Shown in pieces: positions 57,600 through 64,000 of a stretch of DNA of 64,000 bases; position 1 is the first letter of the stretch, and the number at the start of each line of letters is the position of its first letter. The notes beneath the pieces were generated by a model. That model was not told the DNA's origin and made no database searches. It saw only the letters and a list, made by a program, of their open reading frames with translations. The DNA is taken from assembly GCA_000004985.1 (NCBI GenBank), contig GG738871.1, one strand, 5' to 3'. This stretch comes from Naegleria gruberi (taxonomy: Eukaryota). The translations under genes were made by a program, and so were the position numbers.

Positions 57600-58292
57600 A
57601 TGTCATCAACACCAGGTACTAAAAAAATCTATAGAGAAAATGATGAAGTGACTCAACTTGTACACCAAACCATACGAAATCATCAAAATTTTCTAAATAC
57701 AAAATATGATACAGCTAACAAGGATCATGAAAATTTACTACGAAGTATATTTAAAATAATATTTGCAACTAATTTAGCAAATGATGAAGTATTAAATCAT
57801 GGACTTTGGACCAAAATAGGATTTCAAAATAAAGATCCAACATCAGATTTAAGATCACTTGGATTATTAGGATTATCAACAATGGAATATCAATGTAAAT
57901 ATCAAACAAGTATGGTAAAGAATGAATTTATGAATAGAGAATATCCATATGCTTGTTGTATATTTGCAATTGTTAATTTTATGGTAAAGGAAATGAATAT
58001 GAGAAATATAACATCAACTCCTATTGAAACTCCTATTATTTTATTAATGAAAAAGGAATTGTTTTTTAATTCAACAGTTATTAAACAAATGGATTTATTT
58101 GAAAGATTATTTTGTATATTATTCGAATATTTTGATAAATTATGGACAAAACACAAGGCTTCTTATATGGACTTTGCTATTATTTATGATTTATTTGTAA
58201 AGAATGTTACTAGTATTTTTAAAAAGGAACCTGGAAATTATAGGTATGTTTTTTAATAATTGATCAATTTTAGATGGAATTGGAATTTATAA
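57600..58292 (+). CDS. ELMO-domain protein (ELMOD-type Arf/Arl GAP); exons 57600..58243 and 58274..58292
   Basis: The ELMO signature is WTKIGFQNKDPTSDLRSLGLLGL. A 30-nt-class micro-intron (GTATGT...aattttag) adds RWNWNL*. The second exon is tentative. Confidence 0.7.
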
Positions 58293-58402
58293 TCTTTTTT
58301 ATTGATTGTATTCTTTTGATGGATTTGATAAATATATAATTATATATTATTGAAATATTTAATTGAAAAGTGTTTTTAAATTTTTATTACTGGAATGGTA
58401 AT

Positions 58403-61400
58403 TTAAAAATCAAATAAATCATTATGGAAATCACCCTTCTTTTTCTTTGTTGTTGCAGGTGATGACTTGTTTTCATCAGAGGCAGCAGATGCATCAAATA
58501 ATGATGATGATTTAGTAGTGGTGGTAGTCTTTTTCTTTGAAGAGGATGATGACATATCATCATCAAATAAACCACTACTTGTTGATTTACCATTTACAAT
58601 TTCATCAATAACATTACCCTTCTTTGTTGGTTTTGGTTGAGAAGTTGTCTTTTCCTTAATTGGACCTCCAAGAATATCATCAACAAATGAGTCAATATCA
58701 TTCTTTTGTTTCTTAACAACTTCTGGTTTTTTCTTTTTAGGTGGTGCACTTGTACCTGATAACATGGCATCAAGTGGATCATCTCCAAATAATGATGAAG
58801 ATGATTTCTTCTTTTCAGTTGTTGGAGTTGATTGAGTTGTTGGAGTGGAAGTAGGAGTTACATTGCTTGTAGTGGTAGTGGTGGTAGTGGAGGTGGTAGA
58901 AAGAGTTGGAGTATTATTATTAACAGGAGTGGTAGTAGTGAGTGGTGAAGCAATTTCTTTCTTTTCAGCTGCTACTGGAGTAGTAGTAGTAGAAGTTGGA
59001 GTTGATTGAGTGGATGATGATTTCTTAGTATTACCTGAGGTCAATAAAGGATCATCAATTTCACCACCAAATAATTTAGTTGATTCAATCTTCTTTTCTC
59101 TATCAGCCATACGTTTACTCTTCTTATCATCATTATTACTTGATTTAATGAAATTGAAATCATCGTCATCATCTCCAAATAATGAGCTAGTCTTTTTAGC
59201 TGGTTTTTTAACTTCTTTTGGTTGTTCAGCAGCAACAAGTGGTGTTACAATTGGTTCTTCCTTCTTAATTGGTTCTTCTTTAGTAATAATTGGTTCAACT
59301 ACTGGTTTTGGAGTTTCTTCAACAGCTGGTTTTGGAGTTTCCTTCTTTACAATTGGTTTAAAATCATCACTTTCATCATTACCAAACAATGAACTAGTCT
59401 TTTTAACTGGTTTAGGTTCTTCAACTTGTTTAGTTTCCTCAACTTTAGGAGTGGATGGTTTAACAATTGGTTTAAAATCATCACTTTCATCATTACCAAA
59501 TAATGAACTAGTCTTTTTAACTGTTTTTGGTTCTTCCTTCTTAATTGGTTCTTCAGCAACAACTGCTGGTTTTGGAGTTTCCTTCTTTACAATAGGTTTA
59601 AATGTAAAATCATCATCAAATAAAGTTGATTTCTTTGTTTCCTTTTCAATAACAGCACTAATAGGTTCTTCCTTCTTAACTTGTTTTGGTTGTTCAAGAA
59701 CTGGAGTAGTAGTAGAACTAGTTGAAGATGATTTAGTAGTAGTAGAACTAGTACTAGTATTACCATTAGAATTAGCACCACCTCTATTCTTTGATCTTTT
59801 TGGTCTACCAAGTGAAGCATGTTCTAATTTAACACCACTACTACCATCACGTGCATAATTAGCTTTAGTTGATTCAGTTGGAAGTGAAATTACTTCACTT
59901 GTTTCTTCCATTGTTGTTGATACTACTGCTGGTTTAGGTTGAATAATTGGAATAATTGATTTTGGTTCTTCCTTCTTAATTGGTTCTTCAACTGTTGTTG
60001 GTTTTGGAGTTTCCTTCTTTACAATTGGTTTAAATGTAAAATCATCATCTTCATCATCAAATAGAGATGATTTCTTTGTTACAATTGGTGATTGTTTAGG
60101 TGGAACAATAACTTCCTTCTTTGATGGTTTGAATGAGAATTCATCTTGTTCTCCATCATTTTCATCATCAAACAATGATGATTTCTTTGTTGTAGCAGAA
60201 GCAGAAGTGGTAGTAGTAGTATTTGCAGCTGGTTTTGGTTGAATTGGTTCTTGTCTTGTAAATGTTAAATCACTTGTTGATTCTTCTTCAGCTGGTTGTT
60301 GTTTAACTTCAGGTTCTGTATTTGTTAATTTTCTAGTTGAAACATAAGATCCACTTAAATTAGCTTGTAAACCTTTCATAATTGAAGATCCAAGTTTAGA
60401 TCTAATATCAGATGGTTTATCATCTGCATCTGCATCACTCTTAATTGGAATTGAATTTGTTGTTGTAGTTGGTTCAACAACTTTCTTTTCTTCAACAATT
60501 GGTTCAACAATTTTCTTAATTGGTTCTTCCTTCTTAACAATTGGTGATTCTTCCTTTTTAATAACTGGTTTGAATGCAAAATCTTCACCATCATCTTCAA
60601 ATAGAGATGATTTCATTGAAACACTAGCTCTATTACCAGCAGTAGTAGTAGGTGTAGTTGTAGTCTTTGGTTTGAATGAGAATTCTTCTTCTTCATCATC
60701 AAATAGAGATGATTTCATAGCAACACTAGCTCTATTACCAGCAGTAGATGAACTATTAGTGGTAGTAGTAGGAGTGTTGGTAGTGTTGGTAGTAGTGGAT
60801 GGTGTTGTAGATGGTTTAGCAAATAAACTTTCCTCTTCTTCATCACCAAATAATGTTGAATTCATTGAAATCTTTGGAGCATTTGATTTCTTTGTTGTAA
60901 CATTCTTACTTGTTGGTATAATACTAAAATCTTCATCATCATCAAATAATCCACTAGCAACTTTACTAGTTTCTTTTGGTTGTTGACTGCTAACAATAGT
61001 ATTAACAATTGATGGTTGATTAGTTGGTTGTTTAGTTGTAATATTACCACCACCAAATAAACCACCTTCTTCTTCCTCTTCTTCATCAAAGAATGATTTC
61101 TTTGTTGCTTTAGGAATATTACTTGTAGCAGTATTATTATTTGCAGTAGTATTACTATTAGTATTGGTATTAGTATTATTAGAAGATGTAGTTAAACCAA
61201 AACCACCAAAACCAATATCCAAATCCTTTTCTAATTGATTCAAATCAAATTCATCAGAATTTCTTCTCTTATTATTAGTATTAGTATTTGATGAAAATCC
61301 AAATAAACCACTTCCAAATAATCCATCATCTTCATTATTACCAAATATATTATCAAGTGATTGTGTATGATTATCATTACCACTAATATTAGCATTATTA

Positions 61401-62740
61401 GCACCAACACCATTATTATTATTATCATTTGTTGTTGTTGTGGCTGCTGCTGTTGGATTATTTCTCTTCATTAATGCATTAGCCAATTGTGCACGAATAT
61501 CACCACCACTACCATCATTATCATTTGATTGTTGTGATTGTTGTTGTGGTCTTTCAGTAGATCCAAAGAAATTATTAACATCTTGATCTTCATCGAATAA
61601 ATTAACTTGATTATTAAATGTTTCACCTCCTCCCAATGTAAATTCTTCATCATTAAATGATCCTAATTTAGGTTTTAATGAAGCATCAGGTGGTGGAGGT
61701 GGAATTGAAAATCCATTCATTCCATTCATTGATGGTGGTGGAGGTGGAATGGAACCATTCATCATTGGTGGAGGTGGTGGAATTGAACCATTCATCATTG
61801 AAGGTGGTGGAGGTGGAATTGATCCATTCATCATTGGTGGAGGTGGTACACCATTCATTGAATCAAATGTATTCATATTCATATTATTCATATTACTATT
61901 CAAATTACTATCAATGGTAGAACCAACAAGTGTTGCATTATGATTTTCATGATGTGTCATTAATTTTAATTGTTCTTCTTCTTCATTTGGTATAATACCA
62001 CATAAATCTGAATTATAAAATCTTGAAGAACCAATAATAAAAGGTAAAGTTCTCTTTTTCATAATCATTGGATCAATTTGTTGAACATAATCAACATTAG
62101 CAATTGTATTTTTCATAAATTCTTCTGCTTGTCTATTATGTTCTAATTCTTCTGCATCCATTGGTAATTCATCAATATCATCAATCATTTGAGAATCAAC
62201 AAGATTCATATTTGTAAAATCATCATTACCTTCTTCTAATGGTATTGTACATGAATCTAATACTGCATTTAATCCATATTTAATAGCTGTTGTAAAACGT
62301 TGTTGTTTTTCTTCAGGTGTTAATTCTTTAATTAAATCAATATTTGAATTATTATCATTTATATTATTAGAATTATTCATATTATTATTAGAATTCATAT
62401 TAGAATTCATATTAATATTATTTGAATTGTTATTTGGATCAATAGTATGATCAATAATAACTCTATTTTCAATAAATTGAGTATTAGATAACATTATAAA
62501 TTCATTAAATGAATTTCTAACTTGTACTTCACAAGATTGAGTATCATAAATTAAATCATCAACTGCATCTCTAACATTATTCATTTGTGTAAATAATCTT
62601 TGTGAATATCCTTTTAGATAATCTAATAATCCTTCATCACTATCAATGGTCCATCTTTCACATTTCTTTAAATTATTTATTTGTGAAAAATCTAATCTTT
62701 CAGATGATGTTATAACTGATTGATTATCATCCATCATCAT
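58403..62740 (-). CDS. washc2: FAM21/WASHC2 (WASH complex subunit) with N-terminal head domain, poly-proline segment and >15 LFa-type acidic Leu-Phe motifs
   Basis: FNEFIMLSNTQFIENRV matches the FAM21 head motif FNDFLMLSNTQFIENRV. The tail carries repeated SSLF(D/G)(D/E)n(F)xFKP units, which are LFa motifs. The ORF is 1445 aa. Confidence 0.85.
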   Translation of the reverse strand: MMMDDNQSVITSSERLDFSQINNLKKCERWTIDSDEGLLDYLKGYSQRLFTQMNNVRDAVDDLIYDTQSCEVQVRNSFNEFIMLSNTQFIENRVIIDHTIDPNNNSNNINMNSNMNSNNNMNNSNNINDNNSNIDLIKELTPEEKQQRFTTAIKYGLNAVLDSCTIPLEEGNDDFTNMNLVDSQMIDDIDELPMDAEELEHNRQAEEFMKNTIANVDYVQQIDPMIMKKRTLPFIIGSSRFYNSDLCGIIPNEEEEQLKLMTHHENHNATLVGSTIDSNLNSNMNNMNMNTFDSMNGVPPPPMMNGSIPPPPPSMMNGSIPPPPPMMNGSIPPPPPSMNGMNGFSIPPPPPDASLKPKLGSFNDEEFTLGGGETFNNQVNLFDEDQDVNNFFGSTERPQQQSQQSNDNDGSGGDIRAQLANALMKRNNPTAAATTTTNDNNNNGVGANNANISGNDNHTQSLDNIFGNNEDDGLFGSGLFGFSSNTNTNNKRRNSDEFDLNQLEKDLDIGFGGFGLTTSSNNTNTNTNSNTTANNNTATSNIPKATKKSFFDEEEEEEGGLFGGGNITTKQPTNQPSIVNTIVSSQQPKETSKVASGLFDDDEDFSIIPTSKNVTTKKSNAPKISMNSTLFGDEEEESLFAKPSTTPSTTTNTTNTPTTTTNSSSTAGNRASVAMKSSLFDDEEEEFSFKPKTTTTPTTTAGNRASVSMKSSLFEDDGEDFAFKPVIKKEESPIVKKEEPIKKIVEPIVEEKKVVEPTTTTNSIPIKSDADADDKPSDIRSKLGSSIMKGLQANLSGSYVSTRKLTNTEPEVKQQPAEEESTSDLTFTRQEPIQPKPAANTTTTTSASATTKKSSLFDDENDGEQDEFSFKPSKKEVIVPPKQSPIVTKKSSLFDDEDDDFTFKPIVKKETPKPTTVEEPIKKEEPKSIIPIIQPKPAVVSTTMEETSEVISLPTESTKANYARDGSSGVKLEHASLGRPKRSKNRGGANSNGNTSTSSTTTKSSSTSSTTTPVLEQPKQVKKEEPISAVIEKETKKSTLFDDDFTFKPIVKKETPKPAVVAEEPIKKEEPKTVKKTSSLFGNDESDDFKPIVKPSTPKVEETKQVEEPKPVKKTSSLFGNDESDDFKPIVKKETPKPAVEETPKPVVEPIITKEEPIKKEEPIVTPLVAAEQPKEVKKPAKKTSSLFGDDDDDFNFIKSSNNDDKKSKRMADREKKIESTKLFGGEIDDPLLTSGNTKKSSSTQSTPTSTTTTPVAAEKKEIASPLTTTTPVNNNTPTLSTTSTTTTTTTSNVTPTSTPTTQSTPTTEKKKSSSSLFGDDPLDAMLSGTSAPPKKKKPEVVKKQKNDIDSFVDDILGGPIKEKTTSQPKPTKKGNVIDEIVNGKSTSSGLFDDDMSSSSSKKKTTTTTKSSSLFDASAASDENKSSPATTKKKKGDFHNDLFDF
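59160..60060. repeat. near-identical ~120-bp intragenic tandem repeats within the FAM21 tail-coding region
   Basis: The unit ctggttttggagtttccttctttacaattggtttaaa(a/t)...tcatcattaccaaa(c/t)aatgaactagtctttttaactg recurs at ~59325, ~59463, ~59563 and ~59995. The antisense ORF at 59010..59858 shows the corresponding repeated peptide SSLSSLPNNELVFLTG three times. Confidence 0.6.
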
Positions 62741-63201
62741 TTTGTTGTTGTTATTATTATGTTGTTATGTTGTTGTTATGTTATTGTTATTATATTATTG
62801 ATAAAGAATCACACAACGATGAAAAATAATGATGTGATGGCGATGATGTATTTTTTTTATTAATGAAAATATCTTGTAAAACACTCCGTTGCAACCTCGA
62901 GGTAATAGAAAGGAGTTAGTTCATCATAAGTTACATGTTCTTGTTAGTCTTGATGATGATGTAAGAAAATTATTGATGAATAGATTTGCATATTGATCAA
63001 ATTGTTATTATTATTAAATAGTATTAAAAGAACATGAACAAGTGCACTGCTGCTAAAAGGTAATATTTAGTGAATATTTAGGAAATATTTAGCCTTCAGT
63101 AGTTGGCGGATCTTGTGTTTTGTACCATATCTCTCAAGACATTGTTACTAACTCTAATTTACATTTCAAAATTGAAAAATAAATATTAAATTAATTATTT
63201 A

Positions 63202-64000
63202 TTATTGTGAATTATTTGATGTATTTGAAAATAACTTGTTCAAAGTATTTAAAGTTGTATTAACATTTAAAGTAATATTCTTTACAACATGTTCATTATT
63301 ACTTTCAATTTCAAATGTTAATTTTGTTAAACCCTTTTCTTGTGCATCTAATAAATTATCAATTTCTAAAATAATACTTCCAATTATATTCTTATTTAAT
63401 TTCATTTCTACATTAAATATACCTGGTTCATTCATTGAAATATAAAAATTAATATTTCCATATAAATTCTTATTATTTCCATTATTATTATTAGAATTAT
63501 TAGAATTATTAGAATTATTTCCATTATTATTATTATTATTATTACTATTTATATCCAAAATAATTTTATTTTTATCAAATAATTGTTTAAAAGTAAATTT
63601 AAAAATTTTCTTCTTCTTTTCAAATTGTTTTTTTCTACAATCATTAATAAAATCATTTAAAGATTTAATTTTATCTTGTAAAAATTTGTAATGTTCTTTT
63701 AATTGTTCTAAAGAATCATTTAATCTTTGAATTTCCTTTTTTAATTTTTCTCTATTATGTTTTTTATTTTGTAATTCTTTAATTAAATCTAATATTAATT
63801 TTCTATATTTAGAAGTATTATTAATTGATATTAAATATTTAATTTCTATTAATTTTTGTAAATCATTTTTTAATTCATTAATTTTATCAATAATTTTTTT
63901 AAACTTTTCAAAATTTGAATTTAAATTATTTTTATAATAAATTTCACATGAATTTAAAATTTCAATAAAATTTTCATTAAATTCAAAATCATTTGGTAAA
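63202..64000 (-). CDS. partial gene (5' end beyond window): coiled-coil protein with poly-N tract and C-terminal beta-rich domain
   Basis: The open frame runs to the window edge, with a K/E/L heptad region at 63560..64000. The stop is at 63202. Confidence 0.4.
   Translation of the reverse strand, partial: LPNDFEFNENFIEILNSCEIYYKNNLNSNFEKFKKIIDKINELKNDLQKLIEIKYLISINNTSKYRKLILDLIKELQNKKHNREKLKKEIQRLNDSLEQLKEHYKFLQDKIKSLNDFINDCRKKQFEKKKKIFKFTFKQLFDKNKIILDINSNNNNNNNGNNSNNSNNSNNNNGNNKNLYGNINFYISMNEPGIFNVEMKLNKNIIGSIILEIDNLLDAQEKGLTKLTFEIESNNEHVVKNITLNVNTTLNTLNKLFSNTSNNSQ

Noticed and set aside
59010-61943. Plus-strand ORFs (282 aa, 138 aa, 80 aa and others) opposite the FAM21 gene
   Set aside because: They are antisense translations of the repeat-rich FAM21 tail. 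Their internal repeats mirror the sense-strand DNA repeats.

Overview
This window reads as gene-dense, AT-rich eukaryotic nuclear DNA, not prokaryotic or organellar. Stops are standard TAA/TAG/TGA. Many genes carry tiny canonical GT-AG introns of 32-142 nt that are extremely AT-rich. Coding regions are full of poly-N/Q, K/E and S/T low-complexity tracts. This fits an amoebozoan of the dictyostelid (social amoeba) type; that attribution is inference from sequence style and gene content. I reconstructed about 37 protein-coding genes on both strands, including splice junctions worked out by hand. Recognisable products are ZNF598/Hel2, VPS45, ribosomal protein S15 (uS19), an ELO fatty-acid elongase, AP-4 epsilon, RBBP4/RbAp48, CWC27, CWC25, an ABC1/ADCK kinase, a GPI-anchored tandem Cu/Zn superoxide dismutase, glutamyl-tRNA synthetase, an ELMOD protein, FAM21/WASHC2, a short-chain dehydrogenase, an SMP-domain protein and a RING-H2 E3 ligase. 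I saw no rRNA, tRNA, CRISPR array or transposon. The items most worth a second look are: (1) a head-to-head pair of paralogous genes encoding a new receptor-like architecture, TM - extracellular domain - TM - RGS domain; (2) two intronless, bacterial-type genes embedded among intron-containing eukaryotic genes, a CoA-disulfide-reductase/rhodanese fusion and a duplicated FtsX/MacB-type permease with no ATPase partner, both likely horizontal acquisitions; (3) a MORN-repeat protein fused to a PD-(D/E)xK nuclease-like domain and a Cys/His cluster; (4) a palindromic E2F-type motif TTTGGCGCCAAA recurring 10-130 bp upstream of several start codons, including the 70-bp bidirectional RBBP4/CWC27 promoter; (5) a decayed methyltransferase gene remnant, micro-exons and micro-introns, abutting ATGA-overlapping ORFs, and two apparent frameshifts in otherwise intact essential genes.
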